Part shown: positions 24,811 through 39,162 of the stretch, in pieces
Layout of the letters: each line of letters opens with the position of its first letter
Numbering within the stretch: position 1 is the stretch's first letter
Assembly (NCBI GenBank): GCA_965235115.1
Contig: OZ249446.1
Span: forward strand, 4,960,001 to 5,024,000
Length of the DNA stretch: 64,000 nt
Reading direction: 5' to 3'
Origin: Laetmonice hystrix
Taxonomy: Eukaryota
Notes under the pieces: model-generated
Told to the model about the DNA's origin: nothing
Database searches by the model: none
The model's input: the letters and a program-made list of their open reading frames with translations, nothing else
Made by a program: the position numbers and the translations under genes

Positions 24811-27800
24811 CACACTTTCTCCCCACAACGCGCTTTACTCCGACTGGTGGCGGAATCATTTACGCAATGACCCCCGCATCCTAATGAGAAGTATATTTTA
24901 GACGGACGCAGACGAGGAGACCCCACTACGTTTGGAATCTTTACTCGCTGTCTGGTCTTCCGGACGGTGCATACCCTGGATTGCCATTTATCATACTATT
25001 GTAGCACCACCTGTACGTATCATGAAAGAACATAACCAGACAATTTAATATTTCTTTTTCTATCTCTGTTCTAAGATAAACCAACACCAATGTACTGCTT
25101 GACACCTTAGTTGAGGAGTAAATGTAGGGATGAACTTTTGTCTGGTTAGGTTTACAATGTTTGAAACAATATTTTTAGACATTTGAGAATCGACTAGTAG
25201 CATTGGAAACATTAGTGTAATTTGGGAAAACCTATGTCTGTTATTCGGTGCAGCCATTACTCTTTTTTGTTTTCCTCAAATGTCTTCTTCTTTTTTCATC
25301 CCGACCCCCTCCCGCTATCCCCCTATAGAGCTGTACAGAAAGAGGGATGTTGGCGAAACGAACATCCTCGATAGCGCGGCGGCGTTCACTACGCCTTGTT
25401 CGCCGCCAAGAAGTCCCGCCGGCTGGCGAACGTTGATCCATGCTAGGTTCCTCGAGTCTGCGTTATCGAGGTGCACCAGTGTCGAGGTGCCCATTCCATT
25501 GTTGTAACTCATCTTCATCCTCCCCACAGGGTCTGTAGACATCATGCCAATCCCAAGTCCACCGTGAGGATGTCTCCTCAACCTTCAACTTCTCAATGGG
25601 TTCTTTCACGAACCATTGTGCCATGGAAAAGTACACAAACTTTGGCTTTGGGTGGATGTAGTCTCGTATTTTAAATCTCGTCTGGAGTCTCGTGTCTTTC
25701 GCGCAGTCTGGTAGCAGCGATTATGATGTGATCTGGTTGATAATGGGCTAAATGAATTCGTTCGCCTTTATCTTATACGTTTCCAATACTATTTTCATTG
25801 AATCATTGTGTTGGGGTTAAGGTACTGCAGTCTGCTGAATCTATCAATGGAGGTTCTCAAAGTCCATGCACAATCGGCGGTCTGGAAACAGCTGCCTTGA
25901 CTGTTTATACACACTTACATCATCACTCGAGGCAGTCAGGAGTACACGGAAGTCCATGGTACGACCAGATACGTGTTTAGCCCTGGAATGATACGAGTGC
26001 GTATGAGTACTGAGTATGTTCCCTTTCCCGCCCGATCCCCACCCCACCCCACCCCTGGGGAGGCGGGTGGTCGAGTCGGTAAGCACTGGCTGTACTGAAA
26101 AGCCGTCACAGCCATTTCCAGTGTTTGGCTCCTGATATCGGCTCCCCACCCAGTGCTCCCGAGCTGGTTATCTGTGTCTGTCCAGTGTTGTAATTGTATA
26201 TAACAACACTGTTATCACCTATCCATACGAGTAGGGCCTTGGCCCGGTGTACGGGTTTCCCATGTATCATCTCACCAGATTAGAAAATACAAAGAAGAAA
26301 CTGGACTCGTCCCAGAGGAGCAGTCGCGGACAGGACGTAAAACCCCAACCCAACCCCAACCCTTACCACCTCACCCCACCTCATCCCAGCTGTTGTCAGA
26401 GTACGGGCCTCGTATTTAGCATCTGTACGTGTTATTAGCCTGCACTTGCCTCGCATTCCGAGTCTGTGCACGTCCCCGTTCTAAGCACCCTTTGATCACG
26501 ACATAAAAGGAAGCAGCCGGGAGGTTCATGCCCATGTAAGCTGTTAATTACTTCCAAAGTCCCAGGATTGCTTGTAATACATGTTGATTTAAATTGTGGT
26601 AGGCCACCAAACGCGCCATGTGCCACAGTAGCTGTTTTCAAAGGCCCCTTACGGATCTGGGGACCTTGCTGGGGCTGGCGAAGTCTATGCATGCTCTGGG
26701 AAGGGCCTCGAGTCGACGCCAATCAAGGCTCAGCCTGGGCTGAATTCTCGACCATATTGTCTGTCGTTTAAAGAGGCAGAGTGAGCCGGTGATTGTGCAG
26801 CTGTTTCTAACTTCCTTATAATTCCGTTCATGACCTTAACAAGGCGACCTCATTTAATAACGTTCTTGTTTTTTAGACTGCCGAGTTTTTAAGTTGTTTT
26901 ACTTTTTTCCACTGTACGTGTGTATATTTACATCGGTAAATAGGTACGAATTATACGTGACCGAATATACTCGTAGTTTGGTTGCCTAATTATCAAGGGG
27001 ATTATCACATCTTTATCACGCAAACTGCAGGGTTGACAGGAAATCCCAGCCCGAGACGCGGGTAATCCGTGGAGATATGGTACAGTAAGATATACGTAGA
27101 GAGTGAGGGCACAAGGAGCATGCCTTCCTGGGGTAACTCTGGTTGAACCACACCTGCGTCCACCGGGTGGGCGTAAGATTACCATCTGACAGGTGAAATG
27201 ATGGCGTACATGAAACACCATAATGCCTACTCTCACCGGGTGTATTGTTTACACAAAATGAACGCCTTCCCGGAAGAGTTCGTAGGGAATGGCGACAACT
27301 CTCATTTATCACAATACTTGCTTTCTTGCCAACAGGATTCGGGAACACAATCCAGGCCGTAGGGGTGACGTTAATTACATTACTCATGTGTACATGGTGG
27401 GATATGGCTGCGAGCTGCCATTTCCATACACTTTTCCCGAGGGGGCCTTCAGTGTTAGCGTCCAATCCCACCATGCATATACCACCAATTACAAAGTCCA
27501 TATGTAAATACACCGATGCAGTCTTGCATACTATAATAGCAGTACAATGTATACCAATAGTACGACGTTGAAGCTTTACAGACAAACCTCTTTATGTCAG
27601 AATTTTTGATCGCATTCCTGTTATATGATACATCATGATCAGTTTATTCTCAGTCTGTCTCTACTGACTACTGTGTCAATATTGGATACGTATCCAGTTT
27701 GATTCTTATTGAAAAAGATGAAAAAAAGAGAGGAACGGTCAGGCTTTTAGAAAAGTTCCCCGGAGCTTGAAGACAACTGCCTCATAAAGGGGTTATAATT

Positions 27801-28453
27801 CCATTTATTTTGTCACACTGGGATGAGGCACAGGAATGGTCGCTATTAACACCTCCTTCTGTTTGGTAGATGCGATGATTGGAACAAGGTCTCGTTTGGC
27901 GAAGTTGTTAATGGTCGGATTACAGAATCATCTGTATGGCTTAGATAGATTTCCATCCGTCAAGTACTATTTTGCTCATTGCTCCTTTACAGTGTCATTC
28001 ACTTCATCCTCATGCTTACCCCCTTGGAGACAGGGAAGAATTATAGGTCCCACCTACACTGAACTATTCATATAAACGTTATATTTTCGGTCTCATTCAC
28101 TCATTCGGCCCTTGCGAGGCTCAAGTTGCCCGAAAAGGAACATACAGTATATCCTAAACTGAGCCACACGAGCCAGCAAGCCATCCGGACCTGAGCTCTA
28201 CTATTTAACAAAACTGTACAAACTCTTACATTTCACAGAGGTGGTTTTGTGCCATGCATTCAAAACATTCCAGCAGTGGCATTTTCAGCACAATGAGTTA
28301 TCGAACCAGGAGGCAGCAATGCAATGTCCGATGTGGGAGAATTTTGCATAATGTTGGCCGGAGGTGGTTTTACTGCATATTTTATTCAGTATTTGCTATT
28401 ATCTTCTCTTTGCAGCTGCCATCTATAACAAAGCTTACACATTCATCAACAGG

Positions 28454-28523
28454 ATGTCTACTATTGGCCGACTATTCCAAGCGCTGTTAGTCTTGACCTT
28501 CATACAACAGGCCTGGAATAAAG
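28454..28523 (+). CDS. nAChR-like Cys-loop channel, first coding exon (signal peptide MSTIGRLFQALLVLTFIQQAWNK-G); exon probably starts at 28416 with 5' UTR
   Basis: ATG, hydrophobic signal-like peptide, strong donor AAG|GTGAGT in phase 1 matching exon 50658; upstream acceptor TCTTCTCTTTGCAG ending at 28415. Linkage across 22 kb is inferred. Confidence 0.75.
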
Positions 28524-30370
28524 GTGAGTACTGGAGAATCTTTGACACAAATCTCTCTACATAAATACATCCTCGTATTTGCGTCCGAACTGAATATAAT
28601 TATACTTGTCACAGAAAAGCGTAAACTGTCTACTTAGTACTGGTGCGCCTATGACCAAGGCATGCAAATGGAACAATACTTCATTTTAGGAGTAGCACAT
28701 GTAGGGAGACTGCAGTCAGCACTTGGCCTACTATAACTACATTATTGCGGGGTACATCCGATAGAATTTCTTGCCAGAAGGCATAAAGATAAGTGCTATG
28801 ACACAATGTACCAAATAAGACTTCCATTATGTAGAGCTGTTAAGATGATTAAAGCGTTTACTCTATGAGAGATGGCACACTTTGGTTGCTAGTGTGTGCA
28901 TGTCAGGCCACAGGTCTATGAAGAAGAGATTCCTAATGGCTGATTTCAGTTTATTGTAGTTTTTTTATGAGAAACGTCGTGACTTAATGTTGAACTTTCT
29001 ATCACACCCGAAAAGCAGGATCTTTATCATGCATGGTATTCCAGTGTTACAGGGTGTAGCAAAATGGCAGAAATCTATTTCCCAGACAGCTGCCTGCCTA
29101 ACAATGACCTTGAGTTCTGTCATTACAGGGATTTGGGGGTATATCTAGGCCTGTGGTTGTCTGTATCCGTCTTGGCGCACACTTGGCCAAACGGACTGCA
29201 GCTCGACCCAACTCCTGATCAATGCAGAGTCGGATCTTGTTGTAGTCGAGTTCGATCAATGTGTGGGAGCATTAACTCTCTGCACCGTTAATAGATCTAC
29301 AGTATGATGCAATGTTTCACTGACTGAAAGAGATAGTCCCTATGTTTTTATTTTTTTCTTGTTCTTCCTCTTTCCAAGTTAGCTATTGATTATCCCCAAC
29401 GTATTCTGGCCAGAAAGTATGGGATGGGACGTGTATCTAAACACTTCGGACCGTTTTTTTCTAGTTCCAAATTTCTTCTAAAGCCAAAGAGTTCCTGCGT
29501 AATAAATCCAACCGGTGCGTAAAATAATAGCAAAGAAACCATAGACATTTGTAATTTTGCCCAATGTTTGGTCCAACCCGAGAGATGTCCTTCTAATATA
29601 ACAGTACCAGAATTGGCCACTGTAAGATTGAAACAAGTGATCATAGAACGACTAGACTTGCCTCATTGACGTGATCGCTTTCAAGTTAAGGAGCAAGGCG
29701 TTTGACGATTGACTTTTACTGTTGACGTCGGCAAGTAGACTACTATCCATCTTAAGGCGGCTACCGGAACGCGGTGAAGGAGTCACTCGTGCCGCACTGG
29801 GGGCCACTGTACGTCACTCACGAACTCTCCCCACCCCCATTAATTACGGGTAACTATGTGCTTATCAAACATCGTCTGTTGTGGAATATGAGGGGGCATT
29901 ATGGCATGAGGCTAATCGCGTAATCCTTCATTCGGTTACGGGGTCTGTCGTTCGAATATTCGTCACTGAATTATCTGTGGACCTTCTAAATGAGACGGGA
30001 GGGGTTTTTTATAAGGCAGATTCTGTCTGATTGTGACAAAGTGCTAAGTTTAGCGGGAGTAAAGGACAGGGCAGTAGATGTACCCATTTTAACGATCAAA
30101 GTACGACAGTATTGATGTGCACCAAGGGTATAGGTATAGCTAGATTAGCGAGGCTATTCCTGTAACATGATATATCAGGATGTCACTCAAAGACACTAGA
30201 AAGTGAGGAGGGGGCGACGCGGACTGGGGGGGGGGGGCACACATTCTGGCTAAGAATTTGTACCCGGCACCGTTCGTGTTACCTGTCGTGTCTCTTCGTA
30301 TATCCTTTAAAATGCGGTACTCTACCTCTGTGGGAGGAACCGTGTCCTCACGTGTTCATCTTTGAAAATG

Positions 30371-30488
30371 CCTTCACTGGCCATAGCAACCCTTGTTCCC
30401 ATGGTTAATCACCTTCACTGGCCATGGCAACCCTTGTTCCCATGGTCAATCACCTTCACTGGCCATGGCAACCCTTGTTCCCATGGTC
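30371..30488. repeat. 41-bp tandem repeat, about 3 copies, with CCATGGCAAC / GTTCCCATGG motifs
   Basis: Unit starts at 30371, 30412 and 30453. Confidence 0.93.
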
Positions 30489-31513
30489 ATTGGGACTACT
30501 CTCCGACATTCTATGATGTCTTCACTACGAAATGAGGAGGAATAACTTTTAATGTTAGAGACTAAAAGAGATGGCTGAGACATGAGTTATACATTACATG
30601 CCGGGAAAGTTTCATAAATGTGACGAGCGAATAAATAAGAGTTACCCCCTCCGGCCCCGCTGGAAATATTACACGGCTGCTCTGATGTCATCTTCATGAA
30701 GATTTAAGGTTGTACATCAATCCAGATTACACAGGTTGGCATTAAAGTGTCCGTAGGCATTACAGAATCGTATCTATAGCAACAGTATGGATGCAGCCAG
30801 GGATGGTAGGGAGTCCCCCCCTTTAATATGTCTGTCAAAGGGCACACCTTGTACGGAAGTACACCGTGTTTTTTGTCTGTGGTACCTACCTGCAGTCATA
30901 TACATGTACTCCACTCTCCTATCACACTCTGGCACCACACACCCCACACACCCATACATACACCACCCAGAATCTCCCTGTCAATTCTAAGGACAAGCAG
31001 AATACATTGAACGAGCTGTTCCTGACGTGGCGTCCATGGCCTTGCTGCCATCGTTTTGAATCGTTCTCCCTTTGACGTCACCAACGGTCCACTAACATCT
31101 GCATTTCGATTGGCGCGTTATGATGTGCCGGATGCGGTTGATTATGTCGCAGGAACTGTGGCAGAGAGATAAAGTGACGTTTCCCGTGGTGCAGCGCCAC
31201 TGAGCCTACGGCGGCCAAAACGATAAGAGCACACAAGAAGTAGTCGTCCGCAAGCTGCCAGCTTCGTACCTTGGGCCCGTTGTCAATAACAATAGCTTTT
31301 CTACAGATGATGCGCCTATTATCCTTCGTAAGGAACACCCTCATTCGTCATTGGCCCTTCTTATAACATCTATCTGAATTGGGCTTAGATTAAAGTGCCT
31401 AAGTTCCTCTGCTCTCTGCTTGGTTATAACCCATCTTTAAAATAAAAATTCAACAGACGTCAGACATCTGTCTAATATCGTAATGCGTTTGTTTCAGCAA
31501 TATTTCAGACCGC

Positions 31514-31550
31514 CTTTTCTTTTCTTTTCTTTTCTTTTCTTTTCTTTTCT
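31514..31550. repeat. (TTTTC)n microsatellite
   Basis: Read directly. Confidence 0.95.
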
Positions 31551-34500
31551 CCGTGCGTTTTTCCCGGGTTCCCATTCGTTTAGATGGGTATTACTTTTTA
31601 TCAGGTTATTTGCTGCTTTTCGTAGTGTTTCTATATTTTTAGAGAATATTTGTGAATGAGATAGTTAGGGGATAAAATGTGAAATTGAGATAATTGGATA
31701 CAACAGACGAGCACCGTTAGGCTGAGAGTTGTATATCATGACGACTACGTTCGGTTGATCGCTTAGCGTAAACATGCACGGGAATTTCTTGCCCCCTGTT
31801 GTGTACGTAAAGACACCACGTACGGCCATACACCCTCCACACTCGCTCACATGTGTTGGCTTTTGCTAATCTATTTTATACAGAGACCTGGAAGGTTTAC
31901 ATGTGATGAATGGTTTGTATATGGAAAGGTGGTGTAAAGTTTACGTCACACGGATGCAAACGTTCAAATCCTGTGCTCACGAAGTCACATACCAATACGG
32001 CTAGTCCTTGCTGTGAGCATTATGGTATCTTCTTTCATTATCACTTCTCCAAAGAGGTTCCACTTGACGCCCGAGGACAGGACAGTGAACAGCTCTCTGG
32101 CCCTTGGCTCCTATGACCAGAATAGCACATGTGGAGCCATATCTTTCCACAGCGCAACTCGAGCATTAGTCAATCGCAACATACAGCATCCCCCCTCGAC
32201 ATTTGTGTCATTTGTTATATGGCAATCTGACAGTATAATAGCATGCATCCTTTTATACTTTGTGTAGACGTAAGAAAAAATAACCCCTGCTTGTCCGTTG
32301 ATAAGCATTCTCGGGCAAAGGAATTTGATATGTTAATTGCCTAATCCTGACCCTACTGTATTTGATTCAATTGCTCTGCTGTTTGAGACCAGACCTGCTA
32401 GCACTCTGCCTTAAACATAGGATGGCAGGAGGAAACACTCGAACCTAGTGACAAAACAATACAAGAGCGAAAGAAACAAAAAGAAAAAAAGGGGATGAAA
32501 TAGATTGTGACAATAATAGGTATAATATATTGATTTTGGAGACGTATCAGTTGGCTTAGATTCCAATTAAGTTATAGTGAGCGTTCTGAGATGTTGTAGT
32601 CACGAACATCCAACCGTAGTCAGCGTCGACAAGGTGAAGAGTGTTCGGAACCGTCTCTGACTGCCTTCCTTGCAGATGCCGAACCTGATCACGCAGGTTC
32701 CGTGTAACCTTGTCAGGAACCTTCCAGCCAGGGTCCTGTCCAATCTGACACACCCTCTAACAGGTCAAGGTCATGGGAGGAACACGGCCAAATGTTAAGG
32801 GGGAATAGAAACGCTTGAGGAAATATAAAACTTGGGCAGGGGAGATCAGTTGAAGCTGTCGGCCTCTTCTGCCATCTTCCTCGTGTTCCGGAAGACAGAT
32901 TGCCATTGCATGCTGATATCTTGCATTTTATGTACCAGTATATCATCCAGGGACGTGACAAAAAGGCAGTTCTTTCGAAAAATTACGTTCGTGAATCAGA
33001 ATGACAGCAACGAGTTAATAAATATTGGCGTTCATGGAACATGTTAAAATGTTCACTTCCCACCTTAAAACGCTGGACCTCCCAACAATTTCCAGTCTTT
33101 CCAGATATAGAGGGTTCCCCGTAAGCCTACACAATTGAACCCGCTTTTGTCGAAGGTACGATGATTTCCATGCAAATGTTTCTATCCTACTTCCGTAGTG
33201 AATGATACAAGAACGTAAGTTCCTGTACTGGGCCAAACGGTTGTGCTTTGTGTGCCTCTCTCCCGGCAGAGTGGCACCTTTTCAGTCAGCCACCGTCCAT
33301 TGCGGTCCTAATTCCCGTTCTCAATGACCTGCCATCCTCGGCAAGAGCCCCGCCCACGAGTACCTCACTGCACCTGCGCCTTGCTGACTTCCGGTCCTCT
33401 CAAACCGCGGTGAAAGGGTGGACAGTTCACGTCCCACAGTAGATATTGTCAGCAAACCTCACCAGTTTCTGTACCTCATGGGAAAACGGAGATGAAACTT
33501 GGTGAAACAGAGTCGTGAGGTGACCTTTGAATGTCCAACCCAAAGAGGCGGAGTCAAATACTATTGAAGCCTCTAACTGGAGATAGAGGTCATCGAGGTT
33601 AAAAGTCGACGACCTGAGGTGAGGTAATTATACCATTTCATTAAAAGGCATTAATCCCGTTCTATTGTCGCTGAGGTATACGACTATTGTTTCCATGACG
33701 ATTTTTATCCAGCTTGGGAAAGATATAGATTTCGTGGTTTCGCGCCATGTCGGCAACCAAGGCCATCTTCACGGTAAAAACAAGATGACACCAGAAAAAG
33801 GATGGGGCACGCGGCCTACTTTTCCCCAGGTCCCCGCGGGGATTCCACTTGGATTAAATGGCACAAAATTAATTGCATGGCTACCACGTACTTGGGAAAT
33901 AAAAGGCTGTGTGGTTAACCGACCAACCAGCATCGTTTTTCATTGAATTTTACAGTGCCCGGCAACGTAGGAAAAGTTTTGGCCACCATATTCAGGAATT
34001 AATAAGAAAATTGCGTATTTAAACAACGAAATAATCAGAATAATCAACTTTAAATGCTCCATAACCCTAACTAAAGACTCGGCCTTGACGACATCTCAAA
34101 CTCTCCAATACCAAATAACATTAAAATCCTGGGACCTCCTGTGTCGACTCATGCCAAGGCAGCGTCTCCTAGACAATTGCTGTGCGTCTCTGAGACAATT
34201 GCTGTGTCTCCGAACCCCCTGACACTGAAGCTACCAATTAAGCTCCTTGACACTGAAACCATGAATTAACTTTGTACTTTAGGAGACGTCCAGGGCCAAT
34301 AATACGTTCATTGGCATCAGTGGCATGCTATTATTCAACATAATCCACGATAAACGATAGACTTGTGTGCATTAGCCCTGGTTGATTAGGGCAGAACTGA
34401 TTTGATTGCACGAATATGTGTCGGCAGAGGTTTAATTAGATTTCCGCACAATGCTCTTTAGAACTGCTAATTATGAATGACAGATGTAATAATACAATCT

Positions 34501-37500
34501 TGCCTCGGATAACATGGAACAAATAAAAGATGTTCGCGGTTTATTCTTATACTAGCTCGGTTCCATTTGTCTTCCCCTTTATACGTTTTTAAACATCTCT
34601 CTTCAAGTTTCACTTGCCTTTTCCACTTTTACTCCATCTGTTTTTCGTTTGTTCTCATTTAGTTTGTTATTTTCACGCTGCATGGGAATTACGAAGCTAG
34701 AGCACGTCCTTTAAAAGTTCACGGAATGTAGATCTGAAGGCATTGACTGTTGTGGAGACTTGTGCCAGAAGTACAAGCGATCGATCCTGCGTCATCAGTG
34801 CATTCCCCGCCAATGTCCTTCTATTGGCGGTCCATGTAAACCGCTCACGTTTACTTTCACAACCTTTCATTATAACGTCAATGTCTGGACACATGGTTAG
34901 ATGCGGTTAGACTGGTAATGCTCATTAGATAATCCACTAGTAATTCGTATTAATGAGGTCTCCTGCAAGGGCTGCCATGCCGTCTTCATCGCCTACAGGG
35001 TGTTTGGTGAAGCAGGATTATATCGAAGGACAAATAGAGGCTACATGTATGTAACGTAATAATTATATAAACACAGCATAATAGAGTTATATATTAAATG
35101 CAACATAACGCAGAAACCATATTTATTAGATTTTAGAGGTCCCTTTATGTCCGAGGCGATACTAACACCACCTCTGGTAGACACTCTTAAAAAGGCGTAG
35201 ATTTATCCTGTAAACTTGATTTTCTAATCTGGTAGAGTAACACCCACTTTGAATCATTTATAAGCTTCCGGTCTCGTCACTGAGGTTGAGGGAATACAAC
35301 CACCTGTAAGTTGTCGACAGCAGACCTGAAATAAATATTAGGCTTGAAGCGAGAGAAAACGAAACCTGCACAGAACTGCCATGATTTGGTAATTGGCCTG
35401 ATTCATCATGCATTTTGATCTATATAGGCCTACCACATCTAATGAGAAATAAGTAGGTCGAACATTAGATTATAGGCATAGGTTTGTTTCTCAAATGCCG
35501 CCAGGTACCTACTGGGCTTTATCACATGGCATTCAGTGCCAACCAGAGCCTGAGAATGAACACTCTCTGAGATGTTGAGATACACCCATGATTTCAGTGT
35601 GACCGATAGAGCCCCACCAATGATACCCTGGGGTAGCCGCCGGTCCAATACCACTCGGAACAACCCACAGCAGGCTGGCAATGGTGTGCAATCCGAGATT
35701 GTAATCGTGTCCTAATGCGCGCAATCATCGGCGGAAGGTTATAAATTGAATAAGGAAGTGAATGGGTGCCATTACGAGGGTGCAGAGTCCCACACTACGC
35801 CCCATCGTAGAGCAAAGGTCTCTAACCTCTACAGTCTCGTTCTGGGATGAAAGTGCATGTGGACGATAACTATACTACGCATGCTCATCACGTTTCAACG
35901 GTTACCACGGTGATCCTTTTTCCGCCATTACAAGTCACTTGTATAAGTTTGGAGTTTCCCTATATCACTGTATTTAGTGGCAGGACTGGGCTAAAAAGGA
36001 CTGGGCTTGGACAGGGTAATGCCGCTGCTTATCAGAACTGGGCGATAATTGAGGTCGAATGCCGGGTCGCGGGGCGCAACCCATGCAGACCGGAATCGAA
36101 ATGGCCACAGGATTACCTGTATATGGATTGGAACGCGGTCCTCCATTTCAACCAGATTACTTTGACTCCCCCGTCACAGGTCTAGCAGGACACCGTGGTG
36201 CCCCATGGTAGGCTAGCACGTAGACAACACTACTATCAGTATCAAACGGCCCGCAGTTTGGCTACATTCTAGACTTGCTGGCTGCCATAATCTAAGCATT
36301 GAAATACCCGTTACCACTCATGGCAGTCGCTATACCTGACTACCATATTGACGCACTTCTACTAGATTTACTGTAAAAATTGTTCTATATTAAGGAAAAC
36401 ATTGGTGGTACCCGTTTAGCTCCAATGTCTGAAATGTGAGCCCCATTTACTGAGGTTATTTATCCCGAACGTTTATTACATGGCCAGAAAGGTCACCTTA
36501 TGACGACACGACAGTGATCCAACATCAATACGAGACGACCTTTCACCTGGGTCTGCCAATGATACTTTATGAGCGCCTTCATAATGCATCTACCATATGT
36601 GGTTCTTCCTCTTACTGATGTAATATCTTCATCAGTTTCCATACTGGCATTTCAGTGGTGTCATGTGGAGGCCATAGTTTAACAGTTATCTCAACTGAAC
36701 ATTCTTAAACCCCGCCTGGTACGTCATATAGAGACGCCTATTATATCAAGTTACTGGTCAAACCTGGATATTCCCGCCATTCCTGTGTCGATAGCTATTA
36801 ACGTCCGTAAATGATCTAGTTCATGACAATGCAAAACGGGGCAGATTGCGATACTGAATTTCAATGTTAACCCCCTACTGTAGAAAGCAAACATAGCACA
36901 GCGAGCTGCAGGCTATAGGTAAACAGTTGGTATGAAATCACATACTGTCGTATGGAGGGAAGGCTTGGAGGCAAAATCAAAGAATATTTAGCTTGAACGA
37001 TTTCCACTTGGGAATTCACACGCAGATAATCGGTCTGGGATAATGCTAGAATCTGTACAGCCGCCTCCTGCCGGTAATCCCTCAAAACATCGTAAATCCG
37101 CTGTGTCAGCAGTTCTCAGGTCCTCGACGAGAACATAGGACGCGACGACGGCTGGGAATGTAAACAAAAACGTAGACAACGCAAAGCGACTCCTGTAACT
37201 TGTACCGATGTATGTATCAAGGGAGTTTTATCGCAATAATCAGTCGGTATCATCCCAAATTTGCATCTTTACACAGCTACAATATTCCGCATTTAATCCA
37301 GTGTGTTCTCAATAACCTGGGACATCATGCTCAGAACATACCCATGAAATTATTCCTTACATGTCAAGATATTTGTGCAATGCACAAATAAATGTATGTG
37401 CAGAGAAAACAATGGAAGATTTAATTCGTTTGGGAATTGACATCCAACAGCAGCATGTAATACAATTATTAGCTTTGACAGGAGCACATGTGTGAGTAAT

Positions 37501-38479
37501 CACTGACAACAACGGGACGAGAGGGACAGGAACTTTTGTAGTCATGCATGTCAAAACATGGAAAAAGCACACAATGGGATACGTCCAGAAAATTAAAGAA
37601 CATGCGCCCCCCCCCCCCCCCCCGGTCACTTTACCTCCCCGTTCTGTATTTGTAAGATCTCGTACTTTGGGCATGGTGACCAAACCGAACGTCCTTCTGC
37701 ACCCTGACTAAACTTTTCATACTAATTTTATAGCACAAACCTCGACATCTTGTAATGTGACGGTGACAGGACACGGTTGAATGTGTTCCTCTATTATTAC
37801 CGATCTACAACGGCCACGACGTATCTGAACCACAGGGCTGGCAGTACCGTTAAAACATTCCTCCCTGACCTCCCCTGTTACCCATCAACGGATCGAAAAG
37901 TCACTGTTCTCTGTCACACAGGACGATCTGACGAGCTCGTCACATGGTCAGTCCAGGATTATAGACCCAGGCCCAGATTACTGGTACCGCTATAGGATTA
38001 CGTTTGGGCCAGTGTCGCCTTTTACGACATGCGTTATAGCGTCTTTGAGCTTTAGGCTTTTTATAAATGCATGTACTGTATATTCCCAAGAGAACCCCTT
38101 TATGTTCGAAACAGGTCATCACACGACAGCTATGGAACTCGGGGGACGGGGTGGAGCCTGAATTCAGAATGGTTTTTAACGAATTTCTTAACGACACACC
38201 AGCCATTACCTAAAATATCCAAGTATATCTTATACTCGTGACGGGCATAATCTATCTTTTATGTATTGCTCTTTCTAGCCGTCTATCAGATTCAACCTTT
38301 TTATCAACCAATATGTCCACGTGCCTTCGCATTTATTAGCAATATCGAAATGTCTCATAAATTTCATGATCCCCATGACCGCAATTATTTTTGAAGAATA
38401 CATTTTGTATGCGGGGTAATTTTTACAAGAAAGATGAGGCTCAAAGCAGTCGTAGCTTGGCATCACTTTCCGCGGGAGC

Positions 38480-38700
38480 TGCGCCCTGAATTGCGCCACG
38501 TTGGAGCAATCCGTGCTCGTTATCAATGACATCCACTTTCTCCAAACCCGTGGAACAATAGCCCGCAGCTGTAGAGTTTGGTCAACCTGTGGCTGTGTCA
38601 TCAGATTCTATAGGGAACCGAATTTGTGTAGGAGTGCGGGCGTATCGTCACCTAATCAAATTTACGCCTCTCTTTCTGATAAATGCCGGGGCTGCAGTAT
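38480..38700 (-). mobile_element. Decayed LINE ORF2 3' end
   Basis: HSHRLTKL and IVPRVWRKWMSL...NVAQFRAQL resemble the RGH..KL and F.PR.IR.WN.LP...S...FK..L terminal motifs of CR1/L2-type ORF2. Confidence 0.3.
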
Positions 38701-39059
38701 GTGGGGCCATCCGCATATCTGCTTGGCAAATACGGTCTGACGGGCCATAATTGGTTTGCCTCCCTCTGGAGTTTGTCTTGACAGCCCCATGTCTACAAGG
38801 CATACTTGTCACAACAACATAACGATTTCCGAGACTCAGGGTCAAAGACCTAATCCACCAGACATAGAGGAAGTCAGCATCATCGAAAAAAAGAGCTTAG
38901 AAATTTAATTCCGGGTCATGTTTGGCTGGACACAGCCAGACGACAGAAAATTCGATTTTAAGAAGGTTTCCCTCCTCTTAGTGGTGATTCTTTACGTGTT
39001 CAGTATGTCCTCAAGTTCCACGTCAGAGTGGTGGAGTGTCGCATTTCTTTCCAGCGGCA

Positions 39060-39126
39060 TTGGCATGCCATAAAAGGACCCTTGCCATTTTTCAAAAAGA
39101 GTAGGAGATTGCCTCCCGGTGGCAGG

Positions 39127-39162
<36 letters not shown>
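39060..39162 (+). repeat. Degenerate SINE core followed by (CT)n
   Basis: ATAAAAGGACCCTTGCCATTTTTCAAAAAGAGTAGG matches the core of 40844-41181; (CT)n at 39127-39162. Confidence 0.6.

Noticed and set aside
27016-27585. 189-aa minus-strand ORF, the longest non-repeat ORF
   Set aside because: No recognisable motif, a non-ATG start and no splice context; one such ORF is plausible by chance in 64 kb. A BLASTP/HMM search would settle it.
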